From the IMG/VR virus record IMGVR_UViG_3300050158_000056, positions 1 through 64,000 of that record: a DNA stretch of 64,000 nt; one strand, written 5' to 3'. Both the position numbers and the translations under genes were made by a program. The DNA is from a virus. Positions within the stretch are counted from its first letter, which is position 1, and every line of letters starts with the position of its first letter. Below, piece after piece: positions 18,164 to 28,375 of the stretch. The notes beneath the pieces were generated by a model, which saw only the letters and a program-made list of their open reading frames with translations, did no database searches and was not told the DNA's origin.

Positions 18164-20085
18164 CGGATAGTCCTATGTCTAAATAACTTTGCTCTACTAC
18201 CATAAAGCATGGCTCTCTTCTGTGCGTAAGATTGGTGCTGCGGGATGCAGGACAGATGTAAATATACATACTCAGGTGTGTTTTCAGGTAATCTTCTAAG
18301 CCTACCTAGAAACTGAATATTTCTATTCTCAGCACCAGTATTCTCGAACACAAAACACGTCCTCAACCTCTTCACATCCCTACCCGTGCCCGCTGAGCCA
18401 GGAGTACTTAAGATCATGTCATACTTCTCTAGTACATTAACTGGTATACCAGAATAGAATGAAGTGACGGTTTTATTGGGAAACTTCTGTTTCAGAATAC
18501 CCTTTAGGTGGTCACACATTTTAGTGGTCGAACACAAGAATAGAAACTTCTCACCATCATCAGCTAGGTTGATATAGTGCTCCCTAATGATTGGTAGAAA
18601 CGCATCATTAACAAGACTATCTAATACTTTCCTACCTCGACCCAATAGCCATTTCTCAAAGTTTACCTGACTATATCCCTGAGGACTAGAATAATGAAAT
18701 GGTTTAATCAGATATCCACCAGATTCATATGCGTACGATGTGACATTACAATACGGTTCATTCTCACCACCTGTAAACTGCACATTTCTTGGTAGATGCT
18801 GATCGAATATGTTTTTAACAAATGGATCATTTGCATTAAACGTAGCTGTAATGGGGATGAATATAGCTGGGTTCAATATTAGATTGATCAGATAGTTTGT
18901 GTAAAAATGTTCATGAGCTTCATCAGTACCCACGATACCGATACCTAGTTTCTCACACATCTCAGAGGGATGAGGTAGATGTTGATAGCCAGGGCCGTAG
19001 TCTAGATACAAACGAATGGTCTTAGTTGAAGCTAAGATGACTTTAGGTTTTATTTGTTTGTCTATCTGGTTAAATAGCTTAGTAAGAGCCCCCACACCCT
19101 GTACGACATAGATATCATCTTCATCCAAGGTAGTGTACTTTTTCATCTCATCTACCCACTGACTGAGCCGACTAGTCATGGTAGTCATAGATCGAGTACC
19201 GATATTTTTAAGCGACCAAATATAGCTCACGGTGTTATGTGTCACGATGTAATCGTCTGTGATATAGAGATGATCAGGATGATCTACCATGATACATTGA
19301 GTTTCTTCTTTGCCAGTGTATTTTATTTCAGATATATACGGATTTATAGATAGATTCCCGCCTATACTTTCACTAGGAATCGGTACGTTGAGTTTCGTAC
19401 CTGTATTGAGTAGAGCGATGAGGTCTTCGGTGGAAATCACTTTCCAGTCAATCCCATCGGATACTTTCCATAGATGAGTATCATCGCATCTAGTAGATCG
19501 ACCATCTTCGAATATAACGCTATATGTATCTCTTAGTCCCTGAGGGTATATACCCACCACTGGGGCACTACCACCATCAGGAGTGGATACGAGCTCACCG
19601 AGCTTTATATCCCCCATAGTGGTCCATCCAGATGGTGTCTTGATGGCAGCCGATGCAGGTTGACCTTTCCCAACACCTGTAGCCAATGCTAATCCGCGTA
19701 GGTGACCACTCTCCGGATTAGATAGATACTCTACAGCACCCTTCTGTTTATCGTTCTTATAATCCACCCAGGGAAGCATTAGGAATTCGATTGGTGTACC
19801 TACTACTCCATCTTTGTGGATTATTTTACACTGTAGAAAGTTTCTCTCTAGAAACAGTATGAAATTAGGTAGATCGTATTTAGGAAAGAAACAGAGTTCT
19901 TCCTTGGGATAGAAATGAAAATACTCATTAACAAGGAGCCACCGCTGAGCTCCGCGATCGTACTGGTTGTGTTCAAACTTTCTGGAATACTCAGTGATAC
20001 CCAGAGAGGTACCTTTGATGATACCTCTCTGGTTAACAGCGACACTGAATCCCATGCTCGTTACGGTAACGTCTACATGAGACAT
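18160..20085 (-). CDS. SF2 DNA/RNA helicase (phiKZ gp75-like), intein-containing
   Basis: Walker A ATGVGK|T split by intein, DEAH, TAT, QFLGRLR; follows gp74-like gene. Confidence 0.9.
   Translation of the reverse strand: MSHVDVTVTSMGFSVAVNQRGIIKGTSLGITEYSRKFEHNQYDRGAQRWLLVNEYFHFYPKEELCFFPKYDLPNFILFLERNFLQCKIIHKDGVVGTPIEFLMLPWVDYKNDKQKGAVEYLSNPESGHLRGLALATGVGKGQPASAAIKTPSGWTTMGDIKLGELVSTPDGGSAPVVGIYPQGLRDTYSVIFEDGRSTRCDDTHLWKVSDGIDWKVISTEDLIALLNTGTKLNVPIPSESIGGNLSINPYISEIKYTGKEETQCIMVDHPDHLYITDDYIVTHNTVSYIWSLKNIGTRSMTTMTSRLSQWVDEMKKYTTLDEDDIYVVQGVGALTKLFNQIDKQIKPKVILASTKTIRLYLDYGPGYQHLPHPSEMCEKLGIGIVGTDEAHEHFYTNYLINLILNPAIFIPITATFNANDPFVKNIFDQHLPRNVQFTGGENEPYCNVTSYAYESGGYLIKPFHYSSPQGYSQVNFEKWLLGRGRKVLDSLVNDAFLPIIREHYINLADDGEKFLFLCSTTKMCDHLKGILKQKFPNKTVTSFYSGIPVNVLEKYDMILSTPGSAGTGRDVKRLRTCFVFENTGAENRNIQFLGRLRRLPENTPEYVYLHLSCIPQHQSYAQKRAMLYGSRAKLFRHRTIR
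19234..19665 (-). mobile_element. class 3 mini-intein (144 aa, Gly1)
   Basis: GQPASAAIKTPSGW..CDDTHLW..TQCIMVD..IVTHN/T; W-C-T signature; no endonuclease domain. Confidence 0.9.
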
Positions 20086-20104
20086 GTATCATACCTTCTC
20101 TTTA

Positions 20105-22102
20105 TTACAATGGTTCTACTTCTAGAGGACTACCTGTCATCAGTGGCCAGTTCTCATCTCTCTCTATGAGATCCTGATATCCCATATATTCGTCTAAAAT
20201 TCCCGTGTTCTTGTGAGTAATAAAAGTTACAGGCTTAGTTGTAGCGATATTGAAGCGTTCAAATGCTGCCAATGCACCTACAGACCTCATAGGAATAATC
20301 TTTCCTAATGTCCCAAACATTACTTCATCTGGGTTGGTCATCTCAGGAATCTGGAAGTCACTCTTACTGGTAACCAGACATGCTCGTGCCAGACACGAAA
20401 CGTGCGTGACATGAGTATTCACTCGTGGCCAAATCAACCTAGTGAGATCTCGCATGAAGTCATTCATGGATGTATATCGTTCCACCTGATTATTAACCAG
20501 GATCCTGAACTTATCCACAAATCGCTTAATGGAGTTATTCACCACAGTACACTGCATGACTGGTGCCTCTGGATCGATGTTTCTTAGCATTAACCAAGCT
20601 ACACCGTCTTGAGTGATGAGATCTTCTGGATGCTTCCTGATGATCGAGAGTATTTCTGGTGATAGGTGAGGATATGTCTTGACCTCACTACTCATGGATG
20701 TACGAGCACCATACTTTTCGATCTTACCATCTTCCTTCACTTCACCAATGGTCATGTATTTAATATCAGTGAAGTAAGCAGCATGTAGATCCTTTTCTGA
20801 GACATAGTACTGGAGATCATTGATCTTAGATATATCTCGTTGTTGAAATCCTAAGGCTAGTGTCTTAGTACGCTTACGCATACTAGGTCGTAGGAAGATG
20901 TCATTGGTAGTAGACATGAGGACGTCTTGTAGTTCATAGGGGATGTCATACTCAGCAGCATCTGTGGAGATGAGATGCTTAGTCGACAACACCTGCTGAG
21001 CTACTGGAGCACCCGTGTTCACATTTGATAGAAAACCTACGTTACCATTCTTGGAGAATGATTTGGTAATCGTACCACCACATACTTCACAGAAACCATC
21101 TGTCCATAGGCATTCTGGTACATCTCGAAACTTTACACTCTTTCCGATGACCATGTCATAACGTTCTTCTGTGAGCTCTAGGAGCTCACCTCCATCCGAT
21201 AGGAAGAACTTACCGATGAAGTGTTTAACCGTCTTCTTACATGGCTCGTAGGTGCCGTACACAGTAGATCCACAGTCACCTGGATATAGATGCCACATCA
21301 CTGAGTTCTGGATATGGATCTTACGATTCACATACTGAGTATTGGACATCTGTCGTTTGTTATAGTGGGTGGCTTTAGAGGCCGATCTACTTTCGATTGC
21401 GTGATCGAGTATATCTCTCATACCAGATAGAAATGATCCTACCACTGGTCGTAAGAAGATATGATCATCCGTATCAGTACGAGGACCAGCAGATAAGATG
21501 AACTGATGGAACTGACCTTTCTTAAGTGCCCCACAAATCAATGGACCATAAAAGACATTGTTCTTTAGTTCACTACCAGATAGTAGTTCATCGACCTTAT
21601 TGCTCTGTTTCTTAAAGGCTGTTTCCATCCGATTGATATTACCATCTTCGATATCACCATAATCCATAGTACAGATAGGCTTGACCTCATCCTGTAGAAT
21701 TGTATCAGCGATAGCAAAGATATCCATCGTACGAATAAAACTACCCATGTGGGTGTAACAAAGATTGAGGAGATTGTTTGCAGTCATGATGATATCATGT
21801 CCCAACTCCTCTCTAGTATATCCCATATCTTCTAGAGTGCGACTGATTAATGTCAGCCTATCGGCGTGTACAGCTGCGCCATATATGCCTTCTAGTAGCA
21901 GATGCTTTTTGTGGATAGGTCGGTGACGCTTAATCAATGGCATACACATGATCAAATTGATGAGTAACCATCTACCAGGTAGAGCGACTTCTCCATCCAC
22001 ACATGGTATTATAAACTGAGTATCTCTGTTTTCTACTAGATACGTTCTAAAATCACTAGTCAATGCATCCTGAGGGTCATAAGGGATTGGTACCACACTC
22101 AT
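20105..22102 (-). CDS. non-virion RNA polymerase beta' C-terminal subunit (phiKZ gp74-like)
   Basis: GSFLSGM..IESRSASKA..TQYVNRK..DCGS, CLWTDGFCEVCGG, QQVLSTKH; synteny. Confidence 0.88.
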   Translation of the reverse strand: MSVVPIPYDPQDALTSDFRTYLVENRDTQFIIPCVDGEVALPGRWLLINLIMCMPLIKRHRPIHKKHLLLEGIYGAAVHADRLTLISRTLEDMGYTREELGHDIIMTANNLLNLCYTHMGSFIRTMDIFAIADTILQDEVKPICTMDYGDIEDGNINRMETAFKKQSNKVDELLSGSELKNNVFYGPLICGALKKGQFHQFILSAGPRTDTDDHIFLRPVVGSFLSGMRDILDHAIESRSASKATHYNKRQMSNTQYVNRKIHIQNSVMWHLYPGDCGSTVYGTYEPCKKTVKHFIGKFFLSDGGELLELTEERYDMVIGKSVKFRDVPECLWTDGFCEVCGGTITKSFSKNGNVGFLSNVNTGAPVAQQVLSTKHLISTDAAEYDIPYELQDVLMSTTNDIFLRPSMRKRTKTLALGFQQRDISKINDLQYYVSEKDLHAAYFTDIKYMTIGEVKEDGKIEKYGARTSMSSEVKTYPHLSPEILSIIRKHPEDLITQDGVAWLMLRNIDPEAPVMQCTVVNNSIKRFVDKFRILVNNQVERYTSMNDFMRDLTRLIWPRVNTHVTHVSCLARACLVTSKSDFQIPEMTNPDEVMFGTLGKIIPMRSVGALAAFERFNIATTKPVTFITHKNTGILDEYMGYQDLIERDENWPLMTGSPLEVEPL

Positions 22103-22168
22103 GAGTTCGACCTTTCTTTATAATTACTTGGATAGGTGAGGGGAGTGAGCTAACACTCCCCTACTAGA

Positions 22169-23260
22169 TCACATCTCAGCGTCTTCTACATCATCCGATT
22201 CTTCTTCTACATTGAGCATCTTTTGCATCTTAGCTCGCTTTGTAGAAGATCGTTTCACTGTTACTTCATCATCAGAATCCACTGGTGGATTACTACTGTA
22301 GTTTACGATATCAGTATTCCAAATAGATTCCTCGAGCTCCTTAGGTACGATCAATGCATCTACCTTAGTGTTCTTAGTCTCTACACCTAATGTGGCTGTG
22401 ATATTGTGGTATAGTCTAAGCACAGCACTCGAACGCATGAGTTCACCATTGGACATGGGGATACGCTTAATCCTAGTAGGATTATCACACAGTAAGATGG
22501 ACTGAATAGTGTTAGTGACACCATTAGGTGAGTTAGACATTAGGTTCTGGAACCTAGTGACTTCTTTGATGTCACAATCCATGGACATGACTCGCAGCTC
22601 GTCCTCACCATATCGATATGGATTGATACTCACTGGGAAGTGTTTAGTCTCGAATGATGATTTGGTAGGGATACCGATGTGATTAATCATCGCAGGACCA
22701 GGAGCAAAGATCTCAGGGATTTTGTGGAGATGGATGATATACTTAGACCCGATAGCAAAAGATGCCTCAGTGATAAACTCCTTATAGCTTCCATCTTCTT
22801 GTATAGATTTATACTTGATAGGAGTAGATCTGACATTCCATTTGGTTTGCCATTTCTTGATATTGACTAGAGCATTCCAGAACTCTTTGTCATCAGGACA
22901 TAGTTTATCTAGGAATGGAGGGATCCAGATCTTAGGAGATGTCTCAATCGCATCCTTAACGATACCCTTCCGATCTTTAGCTGTTACGCATACTTCTCGG
23001 ATACGAGTTTCGTAATTAGGATTAACATCACCATACCAATCCATTAGTTTCTCAAAGGCAGCTTCAGATCCTTTAGAAATATTGATCGAATCTACTTCGC
23101 GTCTTACAAACTCACTGATTCGGTTAATACCTACCTCATACAGCTGACCAGGATTATTACGACCAACTGGTGAATTCATATCCACCCACAGATCGGCTCT
23201 GATCCCATATTCATCTACAGGCATACAGTCATCTGGATAGATACATCCGACGACTCCTTT
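22169..23260 (-). CDS. nvRNAP beta C-terminal subunit (gp71-73-like), exon 2
   Basis: begins KGVVGCIYPDDCMPVDEYGIRAD..RNNPGQLYE..RYGEDE; in frame after intron omega-G at 23261. Confidence 0.9.
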   Translation of the reverse strand, partial: KGVVGCIYPDDCMPVDEYGIRADLWVDMNSPVGRNNPGQLYEVGINRISEFVRREVDSINISKGSEAAFEKLMDWYGDVNPNYETRIREVCVTAKDRKGIVKDAIETSPKIWIPPFLDKLCPDDKEFWNALVNIKKWQTKWNVRSTPIKYKSIQEDGSYKEFITEASFAIGSKYIIHLHKIPEIFAPGPAMINHIGIPTKSSFETKHFPVSINPYRYGEDELRVMSMDCDIKEVTRFQNLMSNSPNGVTNTIQSILLCDNPTRIKRIPMSNGELMRSSAVLRLYHNITATLGVETKNTKVDALIVPKELEESIWNTDIVNYSSNPPVDSDDEVTVKRSSTKRAKMQKMLNVEEESDDVEDAEM

Positions 23261-23625
23261 CGTTACCTTCAGTATAGTTCGTTAGACTATACCCGCAGCA
23301 CTACCTGCAGCTACATGTCTCCATGTAGACGAGACCATATCTTCATCCTCTACTAAGAGTAGGATGCTCTCCATTTCGGACTCACTTGAGTCCTACGTCT
23401 GTCCGACTGGTCGTTGAACTTGTTCCATATCTAACACGATGATTAGACTTAGGAGCTTAGCTGCGGATTGTCCCTATCTTTCGAATTTTTACTATATCGT
23501 AGTGATTAGCTACGCCCTAATCTATCTAGTTTCCTAGGATTAGTTAGTATCGAAAGCTTGGTGGGATCTTCCCGTCAATTAGAAGAGTTATCATTAACCA
23601 TCTCGGATTAATGAGCCAATAATTT
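23261..23625 (-). mobile_element. group I intron, ORF-less (365 nt)
   Basis: P AAUUGACGGGAA, Q AAUCCGCAGC, R GUUCAACGACCAG, S AAGAUAUGGUC; exon ends in U, intron ends in G; removal gives GDKLTDLMGA|KGVV. Confidence 0.92.
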
Positions 23626-24837
23626 AGCACCCATTAAGTCAGTAAGCTTATCGCCATTACTCACGACTCGAGGAGTAGTATATGTAACGATAGCTTGTAA
23701 GAAGTCTACAGTCTGCCCCTTAGCACCTTCGATATCGAAGTTCTTCATCTCTTTCCTGAAGTCGGCTTCTAATGAAGGTACTTTAGCTCCTTGTGCAATC
23801 ATCCGATAAATAGCTGTCGTTACCAGAGTATTCATCTTCTTACTAAGGAGATGTTTGCCTTTGTATTTCAGATACGTAGAATAGATATCTTCCCAGCACT
23901 TAGTGTTGTTACGCATATAGTTCAATGCTTGATCATAACAGTCATTGATTTTATTGCGATTGACATTAAATGTGATATCTACGATTTTAGCATTAGGTTC
24001 TACATAAAGGATATCATCCTGAAGCGGTAGAGGTTCTCGTAGAGACGCTGGATCAGAGTCGGCTATACATGTGGTCCAGTGACTAGGACGGAAGCCACAC
24101 AGTGCCCCATCGGCTCTTACATGACTACCGATATCAGGTAGAAACTTCTCAGCATATTCATCACCATTTAGATTCAATGGACGACGATCCTGACGACAGT
24201 CGATTACGATCTGTGATACCTGCTGAGTCTGTAGCTTTTCAGCGGCGCTCCTACTGATGATAAATGCATCCTCGATAGTCTCTGGAAAGGATCCATAGAC
24301 TACATTGAGATTAGTACCTAGACAATACTTATTACCCTGCACTGCCGGTGAGTGTGAAATAGTAGTGTTCTTATCTAGAATCTCTCCAGGAACAATACGA
24401 TGTTTATTGATTTCTTCAGGGATGAATCCAAACCCATTGGTTCCCATGAAGTAACGATCGATCGTGAAGTAGTCCAGTTCCCTTTTACCATTAGGTAGAA
24501 GGTTGAGTACGATCACGTAGATCTGTGGACAACTATCAATTCCTTTTTGTAGAAAGGCTGGTTGATACTTGGGGATGATCTTTACGATCTCGCAGTCATG
24601 TTCACGACGAGATGGGTTAATCGTATGTTCGATAAGTTCTGATTCTACACCAGTAAATATTTTATTGAATTCTGGTTTATCGATTACCATAATTTGAGCA
24701 AGGTGATGACCAAGCATCGCAACACGACTGGCTGACGTGTGCTGAGCAAATGGTGTTAATACGCCAGGAACCCCCAATAATCTGGTATCACTGCGAACGT
24801 TGTTGAGAGAAGGGTAGTCTTTACCAATAGATAACAT
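23626..24837 (-). CDS. nvRNAP beta C-terminal subunit (gp71-73-like), exon 1
   Basis: SASRVAMLGHH, GTNLNV, IEDAFIIS, FLPDIG, NGDKLTDLMGA; spliced product about 767 aa. Confidence 0.9.
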
Positions 24838-24865
24838 TATGATCAATCCTTATGTTGTTAGTAGC

Positions 24866-24994
24866 CTATCGGACAAATCCTGCGATATAAAGTACCGCAA
24901 CGATTATCAGTACAATAATCAGACACCACTCTGCTACAGTAGGGTTTGTACCAATACTCGGACGATCGTGTTGATCATTATCATCATCGTACAT
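24866..24994 (-). CDS. small membrane protein (42 aa)
   Basis: not in track: MYDDDNDQHDRPSIGTNPTVAEWCLIIVLIIVAVLYIAGFVR, AAGGA RBS, directly after promoter. Confidence 0.6.
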   Translation of the reverse strand: MYDDDNDQHDRPSIGTNPTVAEWCLIIVLIIVAVLYIAGFVR

Positions 24995-25024
24995 ATACTG
25001 ATCCTTCTATTTGGAGTCAATTTA

Positions 25025-25050
25025 ATAATATAGCGATTCATCGTTGATGA
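25025..25050 (-). promoter_or_regulatory. early promoter TCA-N14-CTATATTAT
   Basis: minus strand TCAtcaacgatgaatcgCTATATTAT. Confidence 0.75.
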
Positions 25051-25145
25051 TTTGTCGATGACTTATTCTGGATATACATACAACATCATCATGTCGTCTA
25101 ATATATTTATTTAGTATATAGTCTATATTTTTTGAGGTAAATATA

Positions 25146-25487
25146 ATGGGTTTATCTACATTAATTAATTCATCGTTAAATTCCACTGTATCTGACGACC
25201 AAGGATCGTGGCGTACGTATATCTTAGACCATCTAGATTATCTCAATCTTAGATCAGAAGTCTTCGCCATCGAACCTGAACTTATGAACATATATCGATA
25301 TGATTTAAAACGGTTCTTAAAGGACTATATGAAACGTCACGAGGATATCGCATGGATAGTCTTACTCATGAATAATCTAGCTAATGATTTTTCATTCGAT
25401 ACAGCGATGAACATCATTATCCCTACGGATAGATTAGTCTTAAATCTACACATGTCTTATGTGACTGTGACTAGTAATAGCAATTAA
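25146..25487 (+). CDS. small putative baseplate-associated protein
   Basis: YRYDL..FL..WIVLLMNNL..IIIP pattern (LysM/gp53-like); GAGG RBS. Confidence 0.5.
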   Translation: MGLSTLINSSLNSTVSDDQGSWRTYILDHLDYLNLRSEVFAIEPELMNIYRYDLKRFLKDYMKRHEDIAWIVLLMNNLANDFSFDTAMNIIIPTDRLVLNLHMSYVTVTSNSN

Positions 25488-25501
25488 AAGGATATGGATA
25501 G

Positions 25502-25531
25502 ACAGTGTGGTGGGATTACCCACCACACTGT
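25502..25531. terminator. hairpin between convergent genes
   Basis: ACAGTGTGGTGGG-atta-CCCACCACACTGT. Confidence 0.75.
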
Positions 25532-25547
25532 GACTATGTTTATTCGG

Positions 25548-26081
25548 TTATACTTTAGTCGTCTCATTACGAACGAGACCTTGTATGTAGATAATTAACC
25601 ATATAAATGGAGTTTCCACATGAATAGTATCCCACTCTACTTTAGTAGACTCTTCAGGTACATGATAAGGTATAACCTGGATAGACTTCATGATACGAGT
25701 GATTAGAGTATTGAGTACTCGAGCATCAAAGTTACTACCCAGTCGAAAGTGCAGGTCGATGATCTTAGTAATACCAGATTGATCTCCAAGCTCCAGTGAT
25801 CTCATGAGCTTAGAGTATTGATCCATACTCACCAATGATCTAAAGTTCATACTGCATAGCGCCCACTGCCATGTACCCACATCCGTACCTAGATTCATAC
25901 ATAATTCATCATCGCCATTTCGAAAGATTAAACCTTCTACGATGATAAACTTGAGTACGATATCTCGGATGGTGGCTAGGTCAGTACGATCAGATTCATC
26001 TGTGTATTCTAGTAGATTATCGATTGTATTCTGATAAGTCTCAGTTACTACAAAAGGATTGTAATATGTGTAGATAGTCAT
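25548..26081 (-). CDS. hypothetical protein
   Basis: GAGGA RBS. Confidence 0.6.
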   Translation of the reverse strand: MTIYTYYNPFVVTETYQNTIDNLLEYTDESDRTDLATIRDIVLKFIIVEGLIFRNGDDELCMNLGTDVGTWQWALCSMNFRSLVSMDQYSKLMRSLELGDQSGITKIIDLHFRLGSNFDARVLNTLITRIMKSIQVIPYHVPEESTKVEWDTIHVETPFIWLIIYIQGLVRNETTKV

Positions 26082-26093
26082 GTATAAATCCTC

Positions 26094-27134
26094 TTATACG
26101 ACTGGTAGATTAGTAACGATGTTAGATGTATCTATGTCACTACTATTATTAGCATTACTCACAGATCCCTCCAGAGGGTCACTCAGCGTCACTGGTTGAT
26201 AAGCGCCACCCAAGGAGCCTTTAGCTAGTTTAGCTACTCTAGTGGCTCCTGAGACCAGTGTACCCATAACCTTAGTAGCTATCGCATTGAGACCTATGAC
26301 TCCACCCACTGCGAACACCGCATCGCTGACAGTATTAAGAGCAAAGCTACCTGCGTTGATAATGACACTACCCGTCTTAGCTATATTGAGTACTGTAAGT
26401 GGACTGTCGATGACCACTCTCTCACCAGACTGAATAATGATACCTTTAGGTACTTTGATGATACAGTGCTCATTATCAAACAAGAAAGTAGCACCTGATT
26501 GGATATTAACCTGAAACTTAGGAGATCCAGATTTAGCCCCAGTGTCCAGATAGATCCGATTACCAGGACTCTTACCATTATCCGTGATACAGAATGTACC
26601 ATTATCTAGATCAGCTTCTACCGCCATCCCCACTGCTTCACCATTTACCGATGAGGTCTTGAATCCCACTTTCTTACTGTGCGAATCTAGATAAGCGGTG
26701 TAACTATTGGTATCATCGTTAGCGGTACCTGGTTTAGTAGGATCTGTAGCACTGACTTGGAATACCACTCTATCAGTGGTTCTATAATCAGCACCTTTAC
26801 CAGTAGTCCTCCAGGAAAACTTATCCTGATCACCTACCTTGTAAATCTCCACTGGTTCACCTTTGCGTACCATGGGAGGATACTTCATGTTACTCTGACC
26901 ATCCCAGGTCGCAACGATGTGGTTAGATGAGGTGATAGTACTTTTAATGGGATTACCAGATCGGTCTTTCAGAGATATATTAACATTAGTGACACCAGAT
27001 CCCACGGTACCGCTAGCAGCAGCTGGAGTAATGTCTGGACAGATGATTTCTAATGTAGTACTATCTTCAGCTAGATCTTGAGCAGCTACCCCTAGATACA
27101 CAGTGTAGGGAGTAGACCTAGTGGGACTAGTCAT
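26094..27134 (-). CDS. putative baseplate central spike / tail tip protein (phiKZ gp164-like)
   Basis: ATWDGQSN..PPMVRKGEPVEIY..DKFSW N-domain followed by beta-strand repeats. Confidence 0.6.
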   Translation of the reverse strand: MTSPTRSTPYTVYLGVAAQDLAEDSTTLEIICPDITPAAASGTVGSGVTNVNISLKDRSGNPIKSTITSSNHIVATWDGQSNMKYPPMVRKGEPVEIYKVGDQDKFSWRTTGKGADYRTTDRVVFQVSATDPTKPGTANDDTNSYTAYLDSHSKKVGFKTSSVNGEAVGMAVEADLDNGTFCITDNGKSPGNRIYLDTGAKSGSPKFQVNIQSGATFLFDNEHCIIKVPKGIIIQSGERVVIDSPLTVLNIAKTGSVIINAGSFALNTVSDAVFAVGGVIGLNAIATKVMGTLVSGATRVAKLAKGSLGGAYQPVTLSDPLEGSVSNANNSSDIDTSNIVTNLPVV

Positions 27135-27186
27135 GTGAGTATTCCTAATAAAAAAATAGGTAGGGATAACACCCTACCTAGGTTAA

Positions 27187-28311
27187 CTATAGATACCATC
27201 CTACCGCCATAGTACTCATCATGAGAATGGGGAGTGAATAGTAAAAACAAAGATGATTATTATTGAATTCATCTTTTATTGTGATTGCGATTTCTTCATA
27301 GCTATTCTTAGATATCGTAACACTAGACCGATGGTCAATGATTCTAGATACATCCAGACTATATGATCTAATGTAGGTAGAAACTACCTCTACAAACAAT
27401 GATCGGAGGGTGAGTATTCTTTTTTCTTGATCATCGCAGTGATGTTGGAAAATACTACGGAATGGATCATCATAGTGACCTAACATACCTAGAGTATTGT
27501 TACCTGACATGATGTTTAGTAATGACATACTAACATTCATGTTCAGTGGACAACTCGTCATGATCCGTACCACTAGATCTCTAAATAATTCATGGTTAGG
27601 ATATATAGATAATTCACAAACTTCATCTTTGAAGTTGAGTTCTTCATACATGAACCATCTATTGTGATATATCTGTACCATCGGATGAATTGTCTGTAAC
27701 TCAATTAATGGCGATCTTAGATATTTCTCTTCGTATAGAGCTATAAACACAGGTAGGTTGTGTTTCAATATAGGGTGATATTGAGATAGAAACTTCCAGT
27801 TCATCTTACCATCTAGATAATCTTCAGAAAGACATCTCACATAATCAAATGTAGCATCTTCACCGAAGATAGGAGGTACTACGATGGACTCACCCGGAGA
27901 GCGATGTCCCATCGGTACTTCTTCGCCGATGAAGTTAGTTATAGAACAAACTGGTGTGTTGGTATCAGAATATCTACTGACTGCTCTAGGAGATATACCG
28001 ATAATAGATTTATCTATAGATGTCAACTTGGTGTATAAACACAGTGTTTCTTTATGATCCACATTGAATACAGTTTCGAATACATACGACTCATCTTTAC
28101 TTAGATGAATTGTTTTATATAAGTCATATGGTATTTTAGTATCGACTTTACTACCTAGTACGATAGGTGGTTGATCGGTCTGGATACTAGGCCAATGTAA
28201 AAAATTATTAGTCTGTAGATTTGTGGGTAGGGTATTCGATGTAATTACTACCTTCCTAGTGTCGATTGGCGTACCTATCGGTTTGGGTAATCGTACTATA
28301 TCTAATAGCAT
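27187..28311 (-). CDS. hypothetical protein
   Basis: 374-aa ORF, no recognised motif. Confidence 0.6.
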   Translation of the reverse strand: MLLDIVRLPKPIGTPIDTRKVVITSNTLPTNLQTNNFLHWPSIQTDQPPIVLGSKVDTKIPYDLYKTIHLSKDESYVFETVFNVDHKETLCLYTKLTSIDKSIIGISPRAVSRYSDTNTPVCSITNFIGEEVPMGHRSPGESIVVPPIFGEDATFDYVRCLSEDYLDGKMNWKFLSQYHPILKHNLPVFIALYEEKYLRSPLIELQTIHPMVQIYHNRWFMYEELNFKDEVCELSIYPNHELFRDLVVRIMTSCPLNMNVSMSLLNIMSGNNTLGMLGHYDDPFRSIFQHHCDDQEKRILTLRSLFVEVVSTYIRSYSLDVSRIIDHRSSVTISKNSYEEIAITIKDEFNNNHLCFYYSLPILMMSTMAVGWYL

Positions 28312-28375
28312 ATCGATTTCTACCTATGACATAGTAGTGGATAGAGTGGGACCATGGTCCCACTCTATCGATCTA

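Noticed and set aside
23608-23625. Track C-terminus KLLAH* of the beta ORF, and MPVDEY as start of the next ORF
   Set aside because: Read-through into the intron; the true frame continues at 23260
24839-25033. + strand 64-aa hydrophobic ORF
   Set aside because: Antisense to a 42-aa minus-strand ORF that has an RBS and an upstream promoter
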